From the NCBI GenBank assembly GCA_963733675.1, contig CAVTET010000006.1:160001-224000 (forward strand): DNA of 64,000 nucleotides, read 5' to 3'. The position numbers were made by a program, and so were the translations under genes. How positions within the stretch are numbered: the stretch's first letter is position 1; each line of letters opens with the position of its first letter. The DNA comes from an uncultured Methanosarcinaceae archaeon. Lineage in GTDB: Archaea; Halobacteriota; Methanosarcinia; Methanosarcinales; Methanosarcinaceae. The notes beneath the pieces were generated by a model that worked only from the letters and a program-made list of their open reading frames with translations, searched no databases and was not told the DNA's origin. This document shows, one piece after another, positions 36,501 to 46,854 of the stretch.

Positions 36501-39155
36501 GAACGGTTGACGGACTATCTGGCCGTGGTTATAGCCAAAGCACAAGCTGAGGAATTTTTGGAGAAAGCACACGAGAATCTCCAAACGCAATCCGAGGAGT
36601 TACAGGCTCAGTCCGACGAGATCCAAATACAAAATTAGGAGTTACAGACTCAGTCAGAAGAGCTTCATGCAGCATATAAAACTCTGCAGGAGAGCGAGAT
36701 CAAGTACCTCGACCTGTTCGAGACAGTGCAGGAGGTCTTCTTCATCGATCGACTCATCTACGATGAACAGGGTAATTTTATCGACTGGATTTTCGAGGAT
36801 CTCAACCCAGCTGGATTTGAGCTCCTCGATCTGAAAGGCCCGGCTTTCGAGCAAGGCTGTTATGTTCCAGTACCACAGTCCTTACGTGGATAAGGAATTG
36901 TTGTTAACGGTGATCGTCTGATCTCCGCCCAAATGGACATCACAAAACAAAAAAAGCACAAGCGAAGTTAAAAGAAATACTTGACAATTTAGAAATGTTA
37001 GTTAAAGAACGTACAAATGAACTTGAAACAGCTTTTAATTTATTGAAGGGAATCGAAAAAGGTCTTGCTGAAGCTCAAAGAATATCTCACATTGGAAGCT
37101 GGGATTGGAATATTGTAACTGATGAAACATCTTGGTCTGATGAGACATATCGCATTTTTGAGCTTGATCCTCAAGAATTTAGCGAAACTTGCAACTCATT
37201 TTTAAGTAATGTGTACCCAGAAGGTCGAGATTATGTGGATGATGCCGTCAAAAAAGCTTTGAACGGAGAACCCTTGATTATTGACTATCGGATCATCTTA
37301 TCCAATGGAAAAGAGCGGGACGTCTATGTCGAATCCGAACTTATTTTCGATGAAAAAAAATATCCATATTAAAATTAAAGGAACGGTGCAGGATATTACA
37401 GAACGCAAGCTATTAAAGGCAGAACTAGATTCTATAGCATGTCTGCCTCAGAAAACCCCCAATCATGTGGTACGTCTGAGCAAAGGCCTTATCATAAACT
37501 ATGCCAATCCTGCTGCTCAAGTGTTGTTGACAAATTGGGGTAGTGGTATCAATCAAAAAGCTCCTACAACAATAACAGATATGGCCGTTGCAGCCTTGGA
37601 TGATGGTGTCCAGCGTAAGTTTGAGTGCAACTACGCCAATAACGCATACCTTATAAATATCACTCCGTTCCCTAAATCTGGCTACGTCAATCTTTATGCC
37701 TGTGACATCACAGAGCGAATAAGAGGGGACGAAATGTTAAAGTTGAAATTAGAAGAACTTAGTCGCTCAAATGAAGAATTGGAACAATTTGCTTATTTTT
37801 CGTCTCACGATTTACAGGAACCCCTGCGGATGATAACAAGTTATTTGCAGCTTTTACAAAGAAGATATCAGGGTAATCTTGATGATAAGGCTGATAAATA
37901 CATACACTTTGCTGCTGATGGGGCTTCACGTATGCAAAATTTGATAAACGATCTTTTAGAGTTCTCTCGAGTAACTAGAAGTGATAGAGAGCCTAAAATT
38001 ACAAATTGTGAATTTATTTTGAATCAGGCACTTTCCAATTTAAAATTGATGATAAAAGATAATAAAGTTACGTTTCTGTTGCAAAAAATCCTACTATTTA
38101 AGTAAAAACTTTAGTTTCACAGCAAAAAACATAAAAATGCAAAATACTTCTCAGATAACATTTGTTTGCGTTTTTAGGTAATACTTTGTCATTTTTGAGT
38201 TCACTTATTGCAGATAGGTAAGCTAAATTTCTATCTACAGTTATTACATTTGGAATTTGATTATGATTAGAACTCAAAGCTTTCTTAAAAAACGTTTCGC
38301 AGCATTTCTATCACGCTTTGCACTCAGCATAAAATCAACTGTGCTTCCAGTTGAATCAACTGCTCTGTAAAGATATTTACCTTTTACTTTGATATAGGTT
38401 TCATCAACTCTTTACAAATAGTTAGTTAGTATTAAATGCCTTCTTATCCTCTTTTCCATCTCAGGTGAATATTGATGTACTCATCTCATGATTGTTGTAT
38501 TGTCGACTTTTATTCCTCTTTCTGCCATCATTTCCTTTAAATTTTTATAGCTCAATGGATATTTTCAGTACCATCTTACTGTTTGCAGAATGATCTCACC
38601 TACAAAGTGTTTTCATTTAAAGGGATTAGGTAGCATATTATATACTCTTAAATTCCTATTTATTTCATAGTATCGATCTCATATTTTTTGCAACGGAACC
38701 CTTTTTATTCTATTGTATCATTAGAAAGGATTTTTTGCAACGGAACCAAAGTTACTATATCTCATGATCCTTTACCTTATGTAATGGCAGATCCTACCCA
38801 GCTGATTCAGGTATTTCAAAATCTGATATTCAATGGAATAAAATTCAAGAGTGAAGAAGCACCCAAAATTCACGCTTCTGCAGAGAAAAAAGCTAGTGAA
38901 TGGGTATTTTCAGTGCAAGATAACGGAATTGGAATTGATTCGCAATATTCGGGAAGAATCTTTGAAATATTTAAAAGACTGAATAGTAGGGAAAAGTATT
39001 CTGAAACAGGAATAGGGCTTGCAATTTGTAAAAGAATTGTAGACAGACATGGTGGCCGCATATGGGTAGAATCTAAACTAGGCAAAGGTTCGACTTTTTA
39101 TTTCACTTTACCAATCAATCCCATCGAATTTCAAAAACTAAGTTTTAACACATAA
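33536..39155 (+). pseudogene. large multi-sensor (GAF/PAS) histidine kinase, fragmented and IS6-interrupted
   Basis: GAF and PAS/PAC fragments (DITERK), SHDLQEPLR H-box, HATPase ([28 protein letters not shown]). Many frameshifts and stops. Confidence 0.9.
38072..38747 (-). mobile_element. composite IS6 relic with 8-bp target duplication
   Basis: AAAGTTAC at 38064-38071 and 38748-38755. Deleted IS6 transposase; internal TIR ending at ~38699 followed by ~47 bp of a second IS6 end. Confidence 0.9.
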
Positions 39156-39422
39156 TAAATGATCATTGCTGTAGATAAAGAGTGCTCTCAAAGCCTATTG
39201 GCAGTCCTGAAATAATATTAGTTGCAACCCCGGTTTCAGAGAAGTCTGCCATGCCTTCCACATGCCTATACTTTTAGAAGCTCCTTTGAAATACATATAA
39301 TTCTACAATAAATATTCCTCAGAAAGTAATATTATGATGTTTTCACTAAAAACCATTTGGTTTTAAATTTACTATATATTTTCTATTAATTTTTAGCTTC
39401 ATATAATATTTGTGCACATATA

Positions 39423-39500
39423 ATTATTAACTTATAATATGCAGAATAATTAAGTTAAGTGGTTTATAAGATGATTAGTTTCCTGATTTGGCTTACACTA
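39423..39500. repeat. ~78-bp dispersed repeat, copy 2
   Basis: Matches 30830..30907. Confidence 0.75.
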
Positions 39501-39589
39501 TCCACATAAATTCCCGTACATATTTCCTCGCTTATACTATACTATACTATATCCCAATGCATTTTCAATAGCAATGTCAAGGTATTCAC

Positions 39590-41953
39590 ATGACAGTCGT
39601 CGCATTTGCAGAAAAAAACAGGGCTGCAGCCCAAATTGCCAATATCTTGGGCGATGGAGATACGAAGAAAATTGAAGTAGAAGGACTTCCTGTATATGAA
39701 TTTAAATGGAAGGGTAAAGATTGGCTGGTAATGGGACTATCCGGACACATTATGAATTATGATTTCCCAGAGCAGTATAATAAATGGAACCAAGTTAATC
39801 CGGGAGTACTCCTTGGAGTTGATCCTATAAAATTCGTTACAAGAGCAAATTATGCTTCTGCAGTAAAAAATCTTGCAAAACAGGCGGAAAAGATAATTCT
39901 TGCCTGTGATTTTGATAGAGAAGGAGAAAATATAGGGTTTGAAGCCAAAGCCCTTGCTGAAGAAGTCACAAATGTGCAGATCGCAAGGGCACGTTTTTCA
40001 GCCCTTTCTCCGAAAGATGTAAAGAAAGCCTTCGAGAGCCTGGTGGAACCAGATTATAACATGGCAATGGCTGCAGAAGCCAGGCAGATTCTAGATCTGA
40101 AGATGGGCGCGGCATTTACTCGTTTTGTCACACTTTCAGTCAGGGAAAAGGCAAGGACAAAAGATATTCTTTCAATAGGCCCGTGCCAAACTCCGACATG
40201 TGGGTTTGTTTACGAACGAGAAAAAGCAATTCGGGCTTTTAAGGCAAAGGACTTCTGGAAAATTACAGCAATTTTCTCTGCAGAAGGAGGGGAATTCGAA
40301 GGTTCCCATAGGGCAGGAAATATTCATGAAAAAGAAAAAGCTGCTGAGATCTTCAAGAAGCTGAAAGGTACAAAAGAAGGACGGATTGCAAAAAAGACCG
40401 TAAAGGAAACAAAAACAAGCCCTCCGAACCCTTTGAATACCACTGAATTCCTAAAAAGGGCCTCTAAATTTCTTGGAATCAGCCCGGAAATCGCACTTGA
40501 GGTTGCAGAACAGCTTTATCTTGCAGGATTCACCAGCTACCCTCGAACAGAGACAAATAAATATGCAGATGATTTCGATTTCCAGTCCATTGTCCTTGAT
40601 TTTGCGCGGCAAAATGAGTACAGACCTTTTGCCGAATCTATCCTTATAGCTCCGATAGTTCCGAAAAATGGAAATAGAGATGGCCATGACCACCCTCCTA
40701 TCCATCCTATCAGAGCTGCATCGCGAGGAGAGGTAAGTTCTGCAGTAAACATCCCTCAAGCACCAGATGTTTATGACCTTATAGTAAGGCACTTTCTGGC
40801 TAATCTCATGCTTGCAGCGATTTTTGAGAAGACCCACCTACACTTGCTCGTGCAGGAAGATACATTTGACTCAACAGGAACAGTACTCAAAAATTCAGGC
40901 TGGCTTGAAGTCTATCCCTTTGAGAACAGAAAAGATAAGCTTCTCCCTTTTGTAGAGGAGGGACAAAAAGTTGGGATAAAAAAGCTCAGCAACATAAAGG
41001 CCAAGACCAACCCTCCAAAAAAACTGACCGAAGCCGAACTTCTGACACTTATGGATAAACATGGAATTGGAACAAAGGCCACAGCTCCAACTCATATCGA
41101 AACAAACAAAAAACGAGGGTACTTTGAAACCAATGGAAAAACGATTTCGATTTTGGATACAGGTTTTACCCTTATGGAAGGGCTTTTTCTCACTGTTCCC
41201 ATTCTCGTGAGGCCAGATATTAGGGCAAAGATCGAAGCGCTGATCCAGGAAGTAGAAGATGGGAAAAAAAAGTTTGAAGTTGCTCTTGAAGAGGGTACTG
41301 CCTTGGTCAGGGAGATGTACGCCCAGCTTGAAGCAAATAAAAAGGAGCTGACTTTTAGCATAGCAGGTACTATTAAAGATGAGGCTGCTCTTGAGGACAA
41401 AAAAAACTATATCGGGACCTGTAAGACTTGTGGACATATACTAAGGATCGTACAGACAGATTCAGGACGCTTTGTTGGTTGTACAGGTTATCCAGACTGT
41501 AGAAAGGCTTATCCTTTGCCGAAAACTGGAGCTTTGACCCTGCTCCGGAGCAAGGAATGTAAAAAGGAAGGGGCAGCTGTTCTGAAGGTAGGAAATAAAT
41601 ACAACTGGGCTTTAGGCATAGGGCCCTGCTTTAAATGCGATCTTGAAAAGGAATGTCACCCTCCGGAAACTGTCGGACCCTGCCCGGAATGTGACGGAAG
41701 GATGTTCCTTATCACTTACAAAGACAACCGTTTCCTGGCATGTACAAAGCGTTGTGGGTACACGCATTCAGTACCCAAAACAGGAAAAATGGCTATGCTT
41801 AACGAAACCTGTGAAATATGCGGTTGGGCAATCTTCAGGTTAAAAGAAGACGGCAAAAACTCTGAAGAAGATTTCTGTTTAAACAAACGCTGTAAAGGAG
41901 GCAGAAAATACTGGAAAAAACAGGCTATGGAATTGAAGATCAAATTTCGATAA
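39590..41953 (+). CDS. topA: type IA DNA topoisomerase with C-terminal zinc ribbons
   Basis: TOPRIM AEK...DFDREGE, GPCQTPT, SYPRTE (catalytic Tyr), GIGTKAT, Cys-rich C-terminus. Confidence 0.92.
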   Translation: MTVVAFAEKNRAAAQIANILGDGDTKKIEVEGLPVYEFKWKGKDWLVMGLSGHIMNYDFPEQYNKWNQVNPGVLLGVDPIKFVTRANYASAVKNLAKQAEKIILACDFDREGENIGFEAKALAEEVTNVQIARARFSALSPKDVKKAFESLVEPDYNMAMAAEARQILDLKMGAAFTRFVTLSVREKARTKDILSIGPCQTPTCGFVYEREKAIRAFKAKDFWKITAIFSAEGGEFEGSHRAGNIHEKEKAAEIFKKLKGTKEGRIAKKTVKETKTSPPNPLNTTEFLKRASKFLGISPEIALEVAEQLYLAGFTSYPRTETNKYADDFDFQSIVLDFARQNEYRPFAESILIAPIVPKNGNRDGHDHPPIHPIRAASRGEVSSAVNIPQAPDVYDLIVRHFLANLMLAAIFEKTHLHLLVQEDTFDSTGTVLKNSGWLEVYPFENRKDKLLPFVEEGQKVGIKKLSNIKAKTNPPKKLTEAELLTLMDKHGIGTKATAPTHIETNKKRGYFETNGKTISILDTGFTLMEGLFLTVPILVRPDIRAKIEALIQEVEDGKKKFEVALEEGTALVREMYAQLEANKKELTFSIAGTIKDEAALEDKKNYIGTCKTCGHILRIVQTDSGRFVGCTGYPDCRKAYPLPKTGALTLLRSKECKKEGAAVLKVGNKYNWALGIGPCFKCDLEKECHPPETVGPCPECDGRMFLITYKDNRFLACTKRCGYTHSVPKTGKMAMLNETCEICGWAIFRLKEDGKNSEEDFCLNKRCKGGRKYWKKQAMELKIKFR

Positions 41954-42529
41954 AATTTTCTGCAAGCACGCTAGTAAACTCAGCAACAAGCATCATAATA
42001 AGGAAGATTTCGAAATTATCTGTTGTAGGCTGGAAAAAATCATAGGTGACTACTCATAAAAAGAGTATTAATTAAAATAGCATAGCTATCTTTGAAATCA
42101 AAGAATAATGAACCCGAAAAGAAAAAATCGGATCAAATACAGAAATTGGTGAGAAAGATTTGGATAGGATTCCCGCAATGAAAAAAATAAGAGGTATATA
42201 TGCATATCTCAAATTATGATTCTGTCAAATTCAGGACATAATTCAAGGATACGGACAATAAACAAAATGTGTACATACTAGAAGTGGAGTCATTTTTATT
42301 GTCATAATCAACGATTCCATCACTTTCAATAATTTTTATGTTTCTATTTTGATTTGTAGAAATATTTTTGGAACTGACAATATTCGGAATTACTTACAGC
42401 AAAAAGTTAAATATATCTTGAATTCAATTTCTCTGTATTCGGTTTAATTAAACACTATATCAAATTAAATTATATATGTAATTATATTAAAATTTATTAG
42501 ATACTAATATCTACATACTGGAGTATCTT

Positions 42530-42769
42530 ATGAATGAATTAGTAGGTTTTGTGAACGGAAATAATGTAAGACAAAAAGTGCTCTCCTTACTTTCCTCAAA
42601 AGGAAAAATGGAAGAAAAAAGAATATCTAAAACTCTAAGAGTTGTATCTCCAATTATTGCAAAGACCCTACAGGAGCTTGAGGAGAAAGAATTAATTGCA
42701 AAAAAGGACGAAATGTACTTCCTGACCGAAACCGGAGCAAAAGTGGAAAAAATGATTCAGCAAATATAA
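42530..42769 (+). CDS. small winged-helix DNA-binding protein
   Basis: RQKVLSLL...ISKTLRV...KTLQELEEKELI...YFLTETG. Confidence 0.8.
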   Translation: MNELVGFVNGNNVRQKVLSLLSSKGKMEEKRISKTLRVVSPIIAKTLQELEEKELIAKKDEMYFLTETGAKVEKMIQQI

Positions 42770-42959
42770 CATTGTATTCACTTTATTTTTATCATATCTA
42801 CTTTTTTGTTTTACTCACTCCTTTTCATCACATTCGATACTTGGTCTGTCCCCGAGTCTTGATCTAATCTGAAAAACTAGTGAATTCACATTTATGGGGA
42901 AAATTTAGAGAGATTCTGATGTTATGAGTTCCAATAGCTACAGGTATTATACAATATCA

Positions 42960-43813
42960 GGTTCCGTTGCAAAAACTTCAAAAAAATATGTAAATCTATA
43001 AGTGATTAATAAAAATCAAAACATTCAAGGAAAATGTACTAACATTATAAAACTATACCAAATAATTGATTAATGTATTTGACTTCATTAAGAACAGAGT
43101 AATTTAGATCGATTACTTGTCCTTTTTTGATCATATTCATAGCTTCAATTCTTTTTAAAGTTTTATTAGCAGATCGAAAAAACTGAAATCCTAACATTGG
43201 ATTAACGATTCGCTTTATAGATCTATGATCTTGTTCTATAATGTTATTCAAATACTTGATTTGTCGAATGCCTACGTTTTTAGGTAGTATTTTATCAATT
43301 TTTAGTTTATCTATAGCAGGTGGATAAGCTGGATTCTTATCAACGGTTATTAATCTTGGAATTTGATTATGATTAGAACTTAAAGCTTTCTTAAAGAATC
43401 TCTTCGCTGCCTTTCTATCTCGTTTTGCACTTAACATGAAATCAATTGTATCTCCATTTGAGTCAACTGCTCGGTAAAAATATTTCCATTTACCTTTTAC
43501 TTTGATATAGGTTTCATCAACTCTCCACGAATCATTTGCTGGTCTTAAATGTCTTCTTATCTTCTTTTCTATTTCAGGGGAATATTGATGTACCCATCTC
43601 ATTCTAGTACTGTGATCAACTTGAATTCCTCTTTCTATCATCATTCCCTTTAAATTTCTATAGCTCAATGGATATTTTAAGTACCATCTTACATTCAATA
43701 GGATAATTTCTCCTTCATAATGCTTCCATTTAAAGGAATTAGATAGCATATTACTATCTTTGGTTTTCTTTTTATTCTATTGTATCATTAGAAAGGATTT
43801 TTGCAACGGAACC
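42960..43813 (-). mobile_element. IS6-family element, intact
   Basis: TIRs GGTTCCGTTGCAAAAA; 854 bp; no TSD. Confidence 0.95.
43045..43749 (-). CDS. IS6-family DDE transposase
   Basis: [34 protein letters not shown]. Confidence 0.95.
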   Translation of the reverse strand: MLSNSFKWKHYEGEIILLNVRWYLKYPLSYRNLKGMMIERGIQVDHSTRMRWVHQYSPEIEKKIRRHLRPANDSWRVDETYIKVKGKWKYFYRAVDSNGDTIDFMLSAKRDRKAAKRFFKKALSSNHNQIPRLITVDKNPAYPPAIDKLKIDKILPKNVGIRQIKYLNNIIEQDHRSIKRIVNPMLGFQFFRSANKTLKRIEAMNMIKKGQVIDLNYSVLNEVKYINQLFGIVL

Positions 43814-43964
43814 CTTCTTGTGCTCTCAGTGCCTCTTTTTATAGCGGGACAATGAAGGTCGATAGAATACCTCAGGATCCACTATGTGAACTTTTATGAA
43901 AGTCTGAAAAACCAGGAAAATCAGAAGCAATTAATAAATATAAAAAAAGGAGAAAGGTATAGAA

Positions 43965-44939
43965 ATGAATGCGAAAGTTATAGGCCTTGATATTGGAGGA
44001 GCGAATACTAAGCTGGCATCATCAGATGGAACTCTAGTAGAACTGCACTACCAGCCTCTATGGAAAAATAGCAAAATCTCTGAAGTTTTGAAGGATATAG
44101 CATATAGATTACAACCAGAAAAAGTTGCCGTTGTTATGACAGGGGAACTTGCAGACTGTTTTGAAACTAAAGGTCAAGGTATTCTCTTTATAAAGGAAGC
44201 AGTTGATTCTGCATTTGGATCACCAAAAGTCTCGTATATAAATTGCATGGGTAGATTTCAGAGTGAAACTGACAAACTAACAGACCTTGCTGCTGCTAAC
44301 TGGGTGGCTTCAGTCATGCTAGTAGGAGCAGAGCTTGGAGACTGTATTTTTGTGGACGTAGGCAGTACCACAACTGACATTATTCCGATAATTTTCAGGG
44401 AACACAAAGCAGGGATAACTGACTTTGAACGCTTAATGCGGAGTGAACTTGTATATTCAGGTGTACTCAGAACAAACATTGCTACTCTTCTTGAAAAAAT
44501 AAAAATTGAACAGAGATCGTGCAGAATCGCTTCAGAGTTCTTTGCAATAACCGCAGATGTGTATATATTGCTTGGGAAAATCAATGAAAATATTTACACA
44601 TGCGAGACTGCAGATGGAGCTGGAAGGAGCAAAACTGATGCTATGCGTAGGATTGCAAGGCTTGTCTGTGCCGATCTTTCAGAAATCCGAGTAAAGGATA
44701 TATATGAAATAGCAAGTCAAGTGCATGAAAAACAGATATCTACCCTAACTGAAGTGATTTATGAAGTTGCGAAAAGGAATGAGCTCAAGAGAATAGTAGC
44801 TGCAGGACTTGGGGAGTTTCTCATAAAAGAAGCTACAGAAAGACTCGGTTTTGAATGCATTTCGGTTTCTGGACACTGGGGAGAAAAAATATCAAGAATT
44901 TTCCCAGCATACGCTGCTGCTCGACTACTTGATAAATGA
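43965..44939 (+). CDS. mfnF: H4MPT-linked C1-pathway hydantoinase-like protein (MfnF-like, methanofuran biosynthesis)
   Basis: GLDIGGANTK, VMTGELADCF, AAANW, DVGSTTTDIIPI, ELVYSGVLRT, RIARLVCAD. Confidence 0.75.
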   Translation: MNAKVIGLDIGGANTKLASSDGTLVELHYQPLWKNSKISEVLKDIAYRLQPEKVAVVMTGELADCFETKGQGILFIKEAVDSAFGSPKVSYINCMGRFQSETDKLTDLAAANWVASVMLVGAELGDCIFVDVGSTTTDIIPIIFREHKAGITDFERLMRSELVYSGVLRTNIATLLEKIKIEQRSCRIASEFFAITADVYILLGKINENIYTCETADGAGRSKTDAMRRIARLVCADLSEIRVKDIYEIASQVHEKQISTLTEVIYEVAKRNELKRIVAAGLGEFLIKEATERLGFECISVSGHWGEKISRIFPAYAAARLLDK

Positions 44940-44973
44940 AATATCAACTCCAAGATAAGCAAAAGGAATACCA

Positions 44974-45450
44974 AAGAGGATCTCGATAAATCCCATTCAT
45001 TTGAATATTGGAGAATTTAAATCTCCTAACAATAATTTTTATTCATGAAAACTTTTAATTATTTGGCTCTTTATAGAGAATACAATCATTTTTAGTCAGT
45101 TGGAGACAAACTTGATGAAATTGATTCCTTAATTGATTGGAAATCTTTTAGTACCATTTTCGAAGCCATATATTTTAACAAAACATTTTTATGAGGTATA
45201 TCTGAAGCTGATGTAATCATTATGTCAAAAATATTTGTTTGACAGAAATTGCATGGCCTTTCAAACTTTGAACTTGAGAAACAATGTATTGATCTAATTC
45301 CTTTCAGAAAATTTCTTGGTTTTCCTTAGCACATACAAGACAGTACTATAGCCTAATAATTCAGAAAAAAAATATTGATAACTGAAAAGAAGAAGAAATA
45401 GAGGGATAGTTGCAAAGCCAACTTAATCACCTTGGTTTGAAAATATAAAG
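44974..45450 (+). mobile_element. IS5-subgroup relic (left end plus eroded transposase N-terminus)
   Basis: Reads SVGDKL.EIDSLIDWK...EADVIIM...HGLS.FELEKQCID.IPFRKFLGF with stops; homologous to 63607..63930. Confidence 0.75.
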
Positions 45451-45603
45451 CTTATTTATCCTCCGGAACTTTTTAAGGGTTCGGATAAGATTTTTCAGGT
45501 GAAAAGTTTTCTTGGATAACTCTGCCGCAAAGATACTGATAAGGAAATGATACAAGAAAATCAACTATTGATAAGTCCTGGAAAAATAATCTATCAACAT
45601 TTA

Positions 45604-46113
45604 TCAACGGTTATTCTTGTTGTGAATGATCTCATAGCTTACTTTTCCTCTGTCTACACACTCCCTAATAAGCTTTTCCCGTTTAGATAAAGTGTCGGTT
45701 TTTCCTGATTTGACCTCAATAAAGATCACTTTTTTCATTTCTCCCTCGGAAAGGCCGTCAAAGACTATGAAATCCACTGGTGTACCAAGAAAGCGTGCAT
45801 CCTTAGGATTGTACTCGAAGTCAGGGAAATAAGGGATCAGGTGTTCAGTTACCTTGCCCCTAGTGACAGCTTCGCTTTTCTTTACTGCATCCTGGCGAAT
45901 TTTTTTTTCCTCATCCAGTTTCCAGGTCCTAAAGAGGGTATCGGCTTTTTCAGAGACCTGGCGATCCATTTCCCTATTCTGCCAAGATTCATACAAATCT
46001 CTGGCACGGGACTCGACCAAGCCCCTTAGCTGGATATATTTCAGGAGCAGGTAAGCTGCAAAAAGGGCAAGAAAAAGAATAAGCGTCGAATTCACCCAGT
46101 TGTTCATGGCCAT
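45604..46113 (-). CDS. membrane-anchored Holliday-junction-resolvase-like endonuclease (COG4741-like)
   Basis: N-terminal TM; IRQDAVKKSEAVTRGKVTEHLIP, DARFLGTPVDFIVFDG, FIEVKSG. Confidence 0.85.
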   Translation of the reverse strand: MAMNNWVNSTLILFLALFAAYLLLKYIQLRGLVESRARDLYESWQNREMDRQVSEKADTLFRTWKLDEEKKIRQDAVKKSEAVTRGKVTEHLIPYFPDFEYNPKDARFLGTPVDFIVFDGLSEGEMKKVIFIEVKSGKTDTLSKREKLIRECVDRGKVSYEIIHNKNNR

Positions 46114-46429
46114 TCTCAGAAAAAGATTAAATTTACTATATTTTGGGAAGGAATTCCCAGTAGTTAATATTAGTTGTAGTTCAGAATGACTATACTTATT
46201 CTTTTCTTATTTTTAATCAATAGTTCATAGGATAAAAACTTCATCCCAAAATCTCAGAAATACTTCTAAAACCCCCTGAATTTCGTCATATGCTTATTTA
46301 ATGTATATAAATGATTTGTGAAAATCAGAAATTTATCGAAAGATTCTTTGATTCGATTTTTTGCAATTCCCCTAGAAAATTAAACGTTATAAATTTTTGA
46401 GGTAGAAATTTTTCATGAGATAGGCTTCC

Positions 46430-46835
46430 TTCATTGAGTGGAGTTGTTCTGAATGGATATTAATATACGGATGAATTTCCCAGAGAGTGAATCAAAAAAT
46501 TAGGGGAACAAGGCAAATTCTAATGCAGATTGCTCAGGCAGCTGCAAGAAAAAAAATAGTATGTTAAAAAAGTTATCTAACTAGGAGAAGGCTCACTTGA
46601 ATATGCAAAAGCAAGTATTGCTCCATAAAGAAAAGTTACCACAATTATATGATATCTGGTTACAATGAGGAAATACTCGAAAATGGAACCGTATATCAAA
46701 AGAGAAAAATTCAAAAGATAAAGGTTGTTGAGGTATAAACATTCTTGTTTATTAAATATTTTAAAATACTTGTTAAAATAATTACAATTCAGGAAAAGAG
46801 AGTGAAGATATTACTTGAGGAACCCGTTTCATGTA
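46430..46835 (+). mobile_element. IS110-family C-terminal relic
   Basis: ILMQIAQAAARKK...RKVTTII; colinear with the 23400-23940 relic. Confidence 0.6.
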
Positions 46836-46854
46836 CTTTCATTTTAAATTAACG

